This document shows, one piece after another, positions 44,201 through 51,598 of a stretch of DNA of 58,852 bases. The translations under genes and the position numbers were made by a program. The notes under the pieces are model-generated. The model made no database searches, was not told where the DNA came from, and saw only the letters and a list, made by a program, of their open reading frames with translations. The DNA comes from Thermoplasmatota archaeon (lineage in GTDB: Archaea; Thermoplasmatota; DTKX01; DATEUP01). How positions within the stretch are numbered: position 1 is the first letter of the stretch; each line of letters opens with the position of its first letter. The stretch is from positions 1-58,852 of the forward strand of contig DATEUP010000275.1 in the NCBI GenBank assembly GCA_035283065.1, written 5' to 3'.

Positions 44201-44726
44201 GGAACTCTTCTGGACGCCGGCCATGACCCTCCCCGGCATGGAAGGCGTGGTGGCCGAACTCGCGGACGCCGCGACGCTTGCGCGCGCCGCATGGCTGCGC
44301 GCTGTCGAGGCGAACGAGCGGTCCGATCCTCTCGGGGCCGCATCGCACGTCCGGGGCGCGGCCGGCCTGATCGACGAATATCAGCGCCTGTTTGATCAGG
44401 CCCGGCCCGCGCTGGAGTTCGGCGGGTGGGCGGACGCGGTCGAGGAGGACCTTCGCATGCTTCGGGACGCCAACGCGGCCGCGGCGGAACTGGCGGCCGC
44501 CGTCGCCTCGCGGCAGGATCAAGAACGCCGGAGGCTCCTCGAGTTCAACGGCCCGGCCCGCATGGAGCGCATGGCCGAGGAAGCGGAGCGAACGGGGGCA
44601 GAGGCCGAGGCGGAAGGCGCCCTGCCGCCGCCGTCGAAGGAATTCGCCTTCCCGGTGGGGCCGCCGCGGGGGCCGCTGGCCCAACGAGCACCCCGGCAAC
44701 CGCCGCGCGCCGCCACTCGCGGTTAG
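41256..44726 (+). CDS. giant tail-motif protein (1156 aa) ending ...PPRAATRG
   Basis: ATGA overlap. Begins MSAGRHLPFFFVPGPGGDG. No recognisable domain. Confidence 0.75.
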   Translation: MSAGRHLPFFFVPGPGGDGAATAGLFVKIDEGRFAEITPEDLEAAFGEGFDDLEAIEIRDAVVALSLQNAFKLPPTPGITARPLDATTFADIKLIIERRQFARDRGDEALNSSWSFELARVLQATFLARVGPAGGLARGIGITGAAFPLARPDVEDVTLDDIRALNDVEKARFDEHLKGMDAYMARVNEALAASMKVKITEQAPVFEQIMKAIDELAGPATEELIEVAPTIALVRFLSGGVDPDPDGPRPENIEDYIWDQYRALFASDGLFTRLALVKDRIVTLLPRHTGRTKIFNLLQGDLPVETEREVGDAEVQNEPATEGGAGLLPLIEYAEVLGELLPQMQTVEDRLAVIDALNAIRGEIAATVKKIRAVPGELSANPPKLATWSRFIRRFSDFAPEVQHQAFLIMATRGRLEEQENTETALLIEEGFIVFLSVIAAIAVLRGVKTAGTKPLGPRARLNPTVNPVGQPILSRQMITRAQQFTSAVERTARGASKINPPVNDMETKLSVFTELRNVALRGNTRQLFEAAVQARAQNLIDTGGITARGGKVVRASGIGKITLDWAARLMQAGTAKRAVETILLDLRSTIVTANSIAEFSALQGKPLPPRNLAEADAFTRQIRRTIRQATGDPDTARFNLQSVVESAVREAILLPEQPIISKQALARILSAVRASARLAGLTESQINGLFGEAFRNLGVIRVFERPLPEVPEIGPIEVDIPIKPLFFTAHAVPPPLSDAIPMSPNVLPDPVFVLDLSAGVSGAAAAGGNPLPSKDTPEGAALARGVEAVSATRPTGADTAAITFRQVLGAPVSAALRGLLSPASLLAALEEAMAYGAFHLAPAAVRGVVVELVEAFNLGPFLGTPPVPPEVVLPVEDLADRFVASPDGRHEEVGLAWAQVVARVFRLFETPNDPVNFRALIGAANQGDLLVAVGAGGNLLGKSLKVFKGIVGMASRMMIRRYLKGAPLGNPDPVAWHFVLQELFWTPAMTLPGMEGVVAELADAATLARAAWLRAVEANERSDPLGAASHVRGAAGLIDEYQRLFDQARPALEFGGWADAVEEDLRMLRDANAAAAELAAAVASRQDQERRRLLEFNGPARMERMAEEAERTGAEAEAEGALPPPSKEFAFPVGPPRGPLAQRAPRQPPRAATRG

Positions 44727-45148
44727 CCGGCGCGCAGCGCCCGGTAGACCCTGACCGTTTCCTCGACGCAGTCGCGTCCGTAAGCGAGCACGTCGCGTCC
44801 CCAAAAGCGAAGCGTCACCCACCCGGCGGCGCGCAGGATCGCGTCGCGCTCGTCGTCGTTGCGGGCCTGCGCCTCCGTTCTGCCGTGCCAGGCTTCGCCG
44901 TCGATCTCGACGGCAAGGCGAACCGCGGGGAAACCGAAGTCCGGGTGCAGGGGTTTGACGTCGGGGCACTGCTTGACGTAGAGGCCGGCGAGTTCGGACT
45001 GCTTGAGGGCGACCTCGTAGGCGATCTCGATGTTGGTGTCGCAGGTCCGCTGAAACCGCCCCGCCTGACCGGACTTCTTGAGGCTACGAACGAGCCTGCT
45101 GTTGCGTCCGAAGATCCGCCGGATAGCATCCAGGAGGGCGGGGCTCAC
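44723..45148 (-). CDS. DUF559/Vsr-like endonuclease-fold protein
   Basis: The pattern FPAVRLAVEIDGEAWHG ... DDERDAILRAAGWVTLRFW follows the DUF559 layout. Confidence 0.55.
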   Translation of the reverse strand: MSPALLDAIRRIFGRNSRLVRSLKKSGQAGRFQRTCDTNIEIAYEVALKQSELAGLYVKQCPDVKPLHPDFGFPAVRLAVEIDGEAWHGRTEAQARNDDERDAILRAAGWVTLRFWGRDVLAYGRDCVEETVRVYRALRAG

Positions 45149-45157
45149 GTGGTCCGA

Positions 45158-45532
45158 CTATTTGAAGTCGAAGGACACGCTGACGAAGCGGATGGACCCC
45201 ACCCCCGCGCCCGTGGTGTCGCTCTCGATGGTCACCTTCTTGGCATTGGCAACCGCAAGCACATCCGCGACGAAGAAGGCCCCGGTGAATGCAGAGGGGA
45301 TGGTGTGCGTGAGGGCCGTGTCGATCCCGTCCAACCTGAACGTCAGAACGGTCGGTCCGTCGAGGGTGTTCAGACCCACGGTCCCCCGCACGTTCTGGAT
45401 CAAGCCCGGCCTGGTGGAAAGGTACTCCACGATTGACTCGGATGTGGCGGGGAGGGCACCCGGAGAGAGGCCGACGTTCAGATACCTCACCTGCCCTGAT
45501 GCCTGAGACCCCTCAAAACCCTGGATGATCAT
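45158..45532 (-). CDS. beta-rich protein with NTLDG module (124 aa)
   Basis: GGAGGAGG SD before MIIQGF. Module IQNVRGTVGLNTLDGPTVLTFRLDG ... IPSAFTG. Confidence 0.6.
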   Translation of the reverse strand: MIIQGFEGSQASGQVRYLNVGLSPGALPATSESIVEYLSTRPGLIQNVRGTVGLNTLDGPTVLTFRLDGIDTALTHTIPSAFTGAFFVADVLAVANAKKVTIESDTTGAGVGSIRFVSVSFDFK

Positions 45533-45686
45533 CTCAGCCTCCTCCGCTCCCGCCCCTTGCGGGTTTGGACGACGTGCGATTTTCGCCACCATTACAGGTA
45601 TCCCCTTAGCATCTCAACATAGTGATGATACCACAGGTGGCGTTCAATGGAAAGCGTCCGATGGCGGGCCGCTATCAGCGCCGGAC

Positions 45687-46535
45687 TCATCCGATCTCGT
45701 AGCTGACCACGAGCCGAATCGCTCCGGTGGTTCCGCCGGTGGCAGCCTCCACGCTTACGTCCTGGCCGTCCCCGACGCTGGCCGTAGCCGCAATGTCCAC
45801 GTCCGTAGTGTCCCCGGCGGGGATCACGGCCGTGATTGCCGTGGCAACCCCCGCGACCCGAATGGTGACCGTGGTTGATCCGTCGAGTGTGTTGCTCGGG
45901 ATGCTGATCCGGATCCGGCTGATTGTGGAGTTCCGGGTGGCGCGGTAGGATGCCAGGTTCTCGGTGACCGCCGTGGAGGGCACATTGCCGGAAAACAGGT
46001 ACGCCGTGGTCGCGGCCGGCAGTCCTGCGGTGGGCCCGTTGCCGTGGATCATCATCGTTCCGCCCGGCGTCGCAGGCGAGAACACGTAGGCGACCAGCAT
46101 CGGTAGGCCGGCAGGCGGGTTCTCGACCCGGACGGGCCCTGCGCCCCCTCCGAGCTGGACCTGAACGATGTAAGTTCGGTCTTCCGCGCCGAGCTTGTCG
46201 ATGCGTTGGAAGTTGACGTGGGAGATCGAAGCGAACCCGCCCTCGGTGACGTCCTGGCGGATGATCCCGCCGAGGGGGAGGTTAGGGTTGCCCGATGGCA
46301 CCTGATGGACCATCTGGAGCGTCGCCGTGCTTCCGGCCGCCCCCGCCGAGAGCTGGCCGTCGAAGAAGAGCCAGATGAACGAACCCGCCGGCACGCCCGT
46401 GATGTCGAGTTGGACGACGTCGACGAACACCGCGAACTCGGCCGTGACGGGTGCGTTCTGGAGCGACGCCTGAAACTGCTTGAAGAACGTGACGCTTCCG
46501 GCGCCGGGGACCGGGGGTTGGGGGAGGTTCGTCAC
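45687..46535 (-). CDS. beta-rich protein (282 aa), C-terminal NTLDG module
   Basis: Module ISRIRISIPSNTLDGSTTVTIRVAG ... IPAGDTT. Confidence 0.65.
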   Translation of the reverse strand: MTNLPQPPVPGAGSVTFFKQFQASLQNAPVTAEFAVFVDVVQLDITGVPAGSFIWLFFDGQLSAGAAGSTATLQMVHQVPSGNPNLPLGGIIRQDVTEGGFASISHVNFQRIDKLGAEDRTYIVQVQLGGGAGPVRVENPPAGLPMLVAYVFSPATPGGTMMIHGNGPTAGLPAATTAYLFSGNVPSTAVTENLASYRATRNSTISRIRISIPSNTLDGSTTVTIRVAGVATAITAVIPAGDTTDVDIAATASVGDGQDVSVEAATGGTTGAIRLVVSYEIG

Positions 46536-46538
46536 GGC

Positions 46539-47531
46539 CTACAAGAACTCCTTGAGCATGTCGCCATAGTGGTGGTCCCAGAGGTGACGTTCAAGGAAAA
46601 CCGTTCGCTGCCGGCGGGCGTACTTCTTCCACTGGTCGAAGGTCAACAGACCCTTCACGACCGCCACGGCGTTCTCGATGGAGCGGAAGACCGGGATGGC
46701 GTCGCCGAACTCGACCTCGAGGCCCCGAATCTCCCACGTGGCGTAGGAGCGTGCGGACGCGATCCCCTGAAAGAGGCGCTCCGGGTAGTACCCCTTGATG
46801 TCGTAGTGGTTTACCCCGAGGACCACCTTCCCCGACTTGTAGAAGCGGACGAGGTCCTCGTTGCCGAGGATGCCCTTGTGGTTGGATAGACCCGCCTGCT
46901 CCCAACCGGCGCCGCAGTAGGCGAAGTTGAAGGCCCGGGAGATTGCCTGCAGGAGCTTGAGGCGGATGCCCGAATACGGGTGCGCCCCCTTCGGACTGAT
47001 GTAGTTGTTCCCGGCGAAGACCACGTCGTACTCGGGCGCGGCCTTTTCGACGTCCTCGTCGGAGCGGAAGAGGAAAGGGTCCTCGCTACCGTAGAGGGTT
47101 CTAACCTTGTCCCGCACGCCCTGATGAATAAAGTACGTGGAGTAGTCCGGGTCGGCGTGGTTCATGTACATCCGGTGGATCAGGGGAAACTGCCGGCGCA
47201 CATCGCCGGGGTAGAACGTGCGGATCTCTTCGTTCCAGCAGAGTATAGGCACGTGTTCGCGGGCGATGATGTCGAGCACCTCCGGGTGGAAGAGGCCGTC
47301 CGGTAGCCAGAGGCCGTTGTGCTCGACGAGAGCGTGCGTGGGCTTCCACCGGCGGATGCCGGTTCGGATCACCTTCGCGTGGTCTACCGTACTGGAGACG
47401 TGCGTCCAGACCTGTTCGTCGCCTACGATCCGCTTGAGGGCGTCCGCCTTGTGCTGGTAGCGTCGGTTGCATCGGGGGACGTACAGGAGCCGCACGACGG
47501 GAAGTTTAGTTTGAAACCCTTGATCGGCCAA
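46539..47531 (-). CDS. CgeB-like glycosyltransferase
   Basis: The pattern DVVFAGNNY ... GILGNEDLVRFYKSGKVVLGVNH ... ERLFQGIASARSY follows the CgeB/DUF3880 layout. TTG start per the track. Confidence 0.6.
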   Translation of the reverse strand: MADQGFQTKLPVVRLLYVPRCNRRYQHKADALKRIVGDEQVWTHVSSTVDHAKVIRTGIRRWKPTHALVEHNGLWLPDGLFHPEVLDIIAREHVPILCWNEEIRTFYPGDVRRQFPLIHRMYMNHADPDYSTYFIHQGVRDKVRTLYGSEDPFLFRSDEDVEKAAPEYDVVFAGNNYISPKGAHPYSGIRLKLLQAISRAFNFAYCGAGWEQAGLSNHKGILGNEDLVRFYKSGKVVLGVNHYDIKGYYPERLFQGIASARSYATWEIRGLEVEFGDAIPVFRSIENAVAVVKGLLTFDQWKKYARRQRTVFLERHLWDHHYGDMLKEFL

Positions 47532-47557
47532 CGTAAAATCCGAATCGCCATCACAAC

Positions 47558-48073
47558 ATGACCAGCGCCGAAGAGGTGTTCAGGGGCTTGGCCTTGCAAG
47601 GGCGGATTCCCGTCCCCCGCCTTCAGAGGCGACCGGCTCCGGTCCTTGTTTCTCCCGTGGAGGATGAAGCCATGATCTCCGATTTTTCCAATTCGTCCGG
47701 GTTCGTGGTGCCCGGACCTGCGGGAACGCAGGTCACAAAGTCCGCGACGTTTTCGCTGGCCACCGCCGTCCGGCTGTTCGAGGTGCTCGCCGGCTTCAAG
47801 ACCGGCATGGGTGCGATCGTCAAAGTTGTGGACGTGCTGATCGACGGGTCGAGCATGGGCTTTGGAAGCGAACCCACGTCCGCCTCCGATGTGGCGATTG
47901 GCGCGTTCGAGAACTTGGCGCAACGCCAGGCGACCACGCTATCGGCGGGATCTCATACGATGGCGGTGGTGTACGAGAACGCCGATAGGGACAACCTCGA
48001 TCAGACGGTCCTAGCCGGTGAGGCTCTGGCTCGGCTCATTACCGCAGCCGGCGTCAGCTCGTCGCTGGCGTGA
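47558..48073 (+). CDS. beta-rich hypothetical protein (171 aa; alternative SD-led ATG at 47672)
   Basis: N-terminus MTSAEEVF mirrors MASAEEVF of 35523-35675. Confidence 0.55.
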   Translation: MTSAEEVFRGLALQGRIPVPRLQRRPAPVLVSPVEDEAMISDFSNSSGFVVPGPAGTQVTKSATFSLATAVRLFEVLAGFKTGMGAIVKVVDVLIDGSSMGFGSEPTSASDVAIGAFENLAQRQATTLSAGSHTMAVVYENADRDNLDQTVLAGEALARLITAAGVSSSLA

Positions 48074-48543
48074 ACGCTGTTTCGGGCGAGTGGGAGCTGC
48101 GAACGGGCAGGGTGGTGTCGCTTTGGCATGGACGCACCGCATGGATGCACGACCAGCAGGCCGAGCGCGAGTTCGCCGCTCAATGGTTCGATCGGATGAT
48201 GGGTCATGTCCTGATGGCCGGCCTGGGCATCGGCCTCCACGCCAAATACGTCGCGGCCAATCCCCGCGTCCGCTTGATTACGGTGCTTGAGGCGTGCCCT
48301 GACGTGGTATCGCTGTATGCTCAGTCGCCCTACCGCATCGAGGGCATGGAGATCCGGGTCGGGGACTACTTCCGCTGGGATCCCCCCCAGATGTACGACT
48401 CCCTGTGGGTGGACATCCACCCGCGCCCGCCCTCAAGCGAGGAACTCCGGCATGTGCTCGTGCGGGCTTCATCCTTCACAACCGGGCCGGTGGTGATCTG
48501 GCCCGTTGGCGGGCAGCGGAGTCAAGGAGAATCTGTCTCTTGA
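48070..48543 (+). CDS. spermidine-synthase-like / class I methyltransferase fold protein
   Basis: GTGA overlap. Pattern VLMAGLGIGL ... ITVLEACPDVV ... YDSLWVDI. Confidence 0.45.
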   Translation: MNAVSGEWELRTGRVVSLWHGRTAWMHDQQAEREFAAQWFDRMMGHVLMAGLGIGLHAKYVAANPRVRLITVLEACPDVVSLYAQSPYRIEGMEIRVGDYFRWDPPQMYDSLWVDIHPRPPSSEELRHVLVRASSFTTGPVVIWPVGGQRSQGESVS

Positions 48544-48618
48544 TCAGGTTGGGGTCCCCACGCTATACTACCCCCCATAACACCGCCCCGGTACATCTAC
48601 AACGCCCGCGTCCTCGAG

Positions 48619-48891
48619 GTGGTCGACGGCCAGACCGTTCAACTCAGGGTCGACCTTGGCTTCAGAAAGACGCTCGAGGCCGTTTTCAAACTCGACCGAA
48701 TGAAGGTCGTGACAGACACAGAACCCAAGGCGTCCGCGGCGCGGGCGCAACTCGAGGCGTGGATCAAGGGCCGTCAGGTCATCGTACAAAGCGCCAATCT
48801 CCCAGGCTACCCGGTCGAGATGTGGTTGCCCGGCGATCCTGTCAGCGTCAACGAGAAGATGATCGCGGCCCGGCAGGCCGTTCGCGCATGA
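48619..48891 (+). CDS. hypothetical protein, SNase/OB-like N-terminus
   Basis: VVDGQTVQLRVDLGF. The in-frame upstream codons (YIYNARVLE) contain no canonical start. Confidence 0.35.
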   Translation: MVDGQTVQLRVDLGFRKTLEAVFKLDRMKVVTDTEPKASAARAQLEAWIKGRQVIVQSANLPGYPVEMWLPGDPVSVNEKMIAARQAVRA

Positions 48892-48907
48892 CCAGCAGCG
48901 AAATCGT

Positions 48908-49153
48908 TTGATCCCCACAGGGTTGACGGGCACTATCCGGTATATGCGCCTCTGGATAGATGGAGGTGTTGCGTTCTTCTTCTCTGCGGAGAAGTCCAGT
49001 ACGATGCCGGGGGATCGCTTTTCCGTGAACCTCGCGGCGGCCCCTCAAGGAATCTCGTTCGTGGGTGCGGATTTTACGGTAGACGATACCAACGTCGGCT
49101 TCAATTTAGTGGGCACGACCTACCACTGGCTCGCTTTCTCGACGAGTCCGTAG
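48908..49153 (+). CDS. hypothetical protein (81 aa; likelier SD-led start at ATG 49004)
   Basis: TTG start per the track. The 5' 90 nt are low-GC. Confidence 0.35.
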   Translation: MIPTGLTGTIRYMRLWIDGGVAFFFSAEKSSTMPGDRFSVNLAAAPQGISFVGADFTVDDTNVGFNLVGTTYHWLAFSTSP

Positions 49154-49178
49154 GGCTGGCTCCCTCAACTCCGAGGGG

Positions 49179-49505
49179 ATGTACTTAGCCGCAGCAGCGG
49201 ATTCGTTGTCTGAAAACCGTGTACCTATCCCGAGTGCCGGCAATCTTCAGAGCTTCCGCGTTGTCGCATCGGAGAATACCTTGGATGTTGTGACGGTCGT
49301 GGATCTACGGATCAATGGAGTAGCTATCGTGGGAAGCGCCATCGCGATCCCTGTGGGTACGACGGGCTTTTCTTTCCTCGCCGGGCCTTTCTCGGTCAGC
49401 GGTGTGGATCAAGGACTCACCATCCGATTCGAGAAGGTGGCCGGGACAGGCACCCACAAAGCCGCTGCGACTGCGGAGGACGCCCCTAGCCGGGCACGTC
49501 TGTAA
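49179..49505 (+). CDS. beta-rich protein with NTLD module (108 aa)
   Basis: Module LQSFRVVASENTLDVVTVVDLRINGVAIVGSAIAIPVGTTG. Confidence 0.6.
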   Translation: MYLAAAADSLSENRVPIPSAGNLQSFRVVASENTLDVVTVVDLRINGVAIVGSAIAIPVGTTGFSFLAGPFSVSGVDQGLTIRFEKVAGTGTHKAAATAEDAPSRARL

Positions 49506-49740
49506 GCTCGCGTGGGACCATACTCAGGACCTCTCGCGGAATCGCCAGCGTGGTTACGCCGATGCGTCGGAGAAACTGCTCAAGCGTCTCGCCTCGCTGA
49601 AGCCCTATTCCGACGAACCCAGATTCCGGGTTGCTGGTCAGGCCCATGTGCATGACGTTGCTGACCAGACTGGAAACAGCGGCCTCGCTGCCTTCGACGG
49701 CGGCGATCGCGGCTCTCATGTGACCTTCTGCGTGGGGCAT
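49486..49740 (-). CDS. hypothetical protein (84 aa)
   Basis: Strong AAGGAGG SD. The 3' end overlaps the convergent gene by 20 nt. Confidence 0.6.
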   Translation of the reverse strand: MPHAEGHMRAAIAAVEGSEAAVSSLVSNVMHMGLTSNPESGFVGIGLQRGETLEQFLRRIGVTTLAIPREVLSMVPRELTDVPG

Positions 49741-49742
49741 GA

Positions 49743-49895
49743 CTACCTCCTTGCCTGAACCCTTCTGATCTTGACCCGTCCGCCGGAACCGACCGCCTCG
49801 GATGCGATCCGGTCGACGAGGCGGTTGACGTCCGCCATCGGGCCTTCGGCGGCGACGACCGTCGCCCGTGCCTGGCCGTTGCCCATCACCATCAT
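49743..49895 (-). CDS. possible small protein (50 aa)
   Basis: Hand-translated as MMVMGNGQARATVVAAEGPMADVNRLVDRIASEAVGSGGRVKIRRVQARR. Its stop lies 2 nt before the next ATG. Confidence 0.3.
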   Translation of the reverse strand: MMVMGNGQARATVVAAEGPMADVNRLVDRIASEAVGSGGRVKIRRVQARR

Positions 49896-50145
49896 GGTGG
49901 TCGCCACGGCGCGGCGCCTTCGTTCGTCTGCCACGGCCGGAGTATACGGGGGCGGGCGGGGCCGTTCAAGGATCAGGCGAGTCCGTTGCACGCGGCGCCG
50001 CTTTCGCCTATACTCGCCGTCTGGTGTGCCGGATGCCGAAACGGTTTTCGCCCGATTCGTCCGGGACCACAAGCAAAGCCTGGTGGTGCCGCTTCGGCGG
50101 CGACCTCCTCCGGTTTCGGCGTTCGTACCTCCGGGGGACCTAGAG

Positions 50146-50499
50146 GTGCAGCACGCGTTCAACCTCAACGGGCCGCTGGTCGTAGGCGACGACATCGACG
50201 GCCGCCACAACTGGGGATTCACCGGCACGGAGAACTTCGTGGTGTTCCGCCGCGAGAACGCGGGCGCCGGGGGAACCACCACGCTTGAACTTCGTCGGGG
50301 CGGTGTCGCCATCGCCTCGGCCACGTTCACGCCGGCGGAAGGGGCCAACGTCCAGAAGACGGTGGCGCTTGCCGGCGCGTTCATCGCGACGACGCAGTAC
50401 AGCTTCCACGTTACCACGGTCGAGACGGCAAGCGGGATCGGGGTCAACCAGCTCCCCGCAGACGCCTCGGCCGCACTCGACGTGACGAGGACTGCCTGA
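50146..50499 (+). CDS. beta-rich protein (117 aa)
   Basis: GTG start inside the 242-aa track ORF. Sequence TTTLELRRGGVAIASATFTPAEG resembles the module family. Confidence 0.5.
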   Translation: MQHAFNLNGPLVVGDDIDGRHNWGFTGTENFVVFRRENAGAGGTTTLELRRGGVAIASATFTPAEGANVQKTVALAGAFIATTQYSFHVTTVETASGIGVNQLPADASAALDVTRTA

Positions 50500-51035
50500 T
50501 GGCGACGACCCTCCCGCGCGGCGACTTCCTTCGCGCGATCGCCACCAAGGAGTTCGACATCAGTGGTGGCGGATCGTTCGTCGAGGTGGCCTACACCGCC
50601 TTCGGCAACACGTACCGGGGCCTCCGCGCCCTCAACGGCCTCGACCGATCCGCGCGCCACTCGGCCGGGAGGTTCCCGGCGAACATCGACACCACCTCGG
50701 CACCACGAGTCGCCTTCCAGTGGCTTGCGCCCAGCACCGCTATAGCCGGCAACGTCCGTCTCCAGTTCGACGCCGCCGCGCGCGCCGACGCCGCGGCGTT
50801 CTCGTCGGCCGCGGTCTACGATTTCACGGCCACCGCGGACATGCCCATCGTCGCCACGGCCGCCGGGGAGATTGCGCCGGAGGACGTGATCTTCACGCTC
50901 CCGCTGGCGCTGGCGGTCGCCAACTCGGTCCTGTTGATCCGCATCTCGCGGTTGGGTGCGGACGCCGCCGACACCTACGGGGCGCCCGTGATCCTCACAA
51001 ACGCCGCAACCCTGTTTCGGAGGTTGGTGCTGTGA
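50499..51035 (+). CDS. hypothetical structural-like protein (178 aa)
   Basis: The ATG shares a nt with the upstream TGA. Confidence 0.6.
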   Translation: MATTLPRGDFLRAIATKEFDISGGGSFVEVAYTAFGNTYRGLRALNGLDRSARHSAGRFPANIDTTSAPRVAFQWLAPSTAIAGNVRLQFDAAARADAAAFSSAAVYDFTATADMPIVATAAGEIAPEDVIFTLPLALAVANSVLLIRISRLGADAADTYGAPVILTNAATLFRRLVL

Positions 51036-51346
51036 CGCAGGTAGCAGGCACCCTGGCGGTAGAGGCCGTCGTCTCCGATCCGAACTCGGCCATCACGGCG
51101 GAAGTCCTTCAGATCCCCGTCAGCGTGGATCCGCAGAACCCCATGCTCAACCGGGTGGAGGCCGCGTTCACGGATCAAACCTCGGTGGTCGTCGTCCACA
51201 ACTTCGGGCGTATTCCGCACGTCACTGTCTTAGACGGTGCCGGCGAGGTAATCATTGCGGACTCAATTCGCCACGACTCGCTCAAGAACCACTTCACCGT
51301 CACGTTCACCCTGACGCAGAGCGGGACAATCATCTCAAGCCTGTAG
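51032..51346 (+). CDS. hypothetical protein (104 aa)
   Basis: GTGA overlap. Confidence 0.55.
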   Translation: MTQVAGTLAVEAVVSDPNSAITAEVLQIPVSVDPQNPMLNRVEAAFTDQTSVVVVHNFGRIPHVTVLDGAGEVIIADSIRHDSLKNHFTVTFTLTQSGTIISSL

Positions 51347-51355
51347 GAGATTCCC

Positions 51356-51586
51356 ATGAAGGTCAACGGTACGCTCGATGCAGAAGTAGTCCGGGCGAAT
51401 CAGAAGATGGACGCGGTGGCCCTCTTGATCGTCCAGCCGACGGGCATCGTGGCCAAGGGCAAACAGAAGAATCAGAACGAGACGGAGTTCGAGGTCTTCG
51501 AGGGAATCATTATGAAGTCGCCAAGCGGCGCGATGTGGCGGTTCGGTGTCAGCGATACCGGCCAGCCCGTGTTCACCCCAGTTTAA
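51356..51586 (+). CDS. hypothetical protein (76 aa)
   Basis: TAGGAGA SD. Confidence 0.6.
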   Translation: MKVNGTLDAEVVRANQKMDAVALLIVQPTGIVAKGKQKNQNETEFEVFEGIIMKSPSGAMWRFGVSDTGQPVFTPV

Positions 51587-51598
51587 CAGGAGAACGAC

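Noticed and set aside
38169-44969. Long minus-strand ORFs 38169-39893, 42324-43448, 42467-43303 and 43575-44969
   Set aside because: They lie antisense to the two giant genes, have low-complexity Arg/Ser/Gly/Pro translations, and lack start contexts.
49743-50660. 305-aa minus-strand ORF, and the first 125 codons of plus-strand ORF 49771-50499
   Set aside because: Both translate to Arg/Ala/Ser/Thr-rich low complexity. Only the last 50 codons of the minus ORF and the plus-strand part from GTG 50146 have gene-like context.
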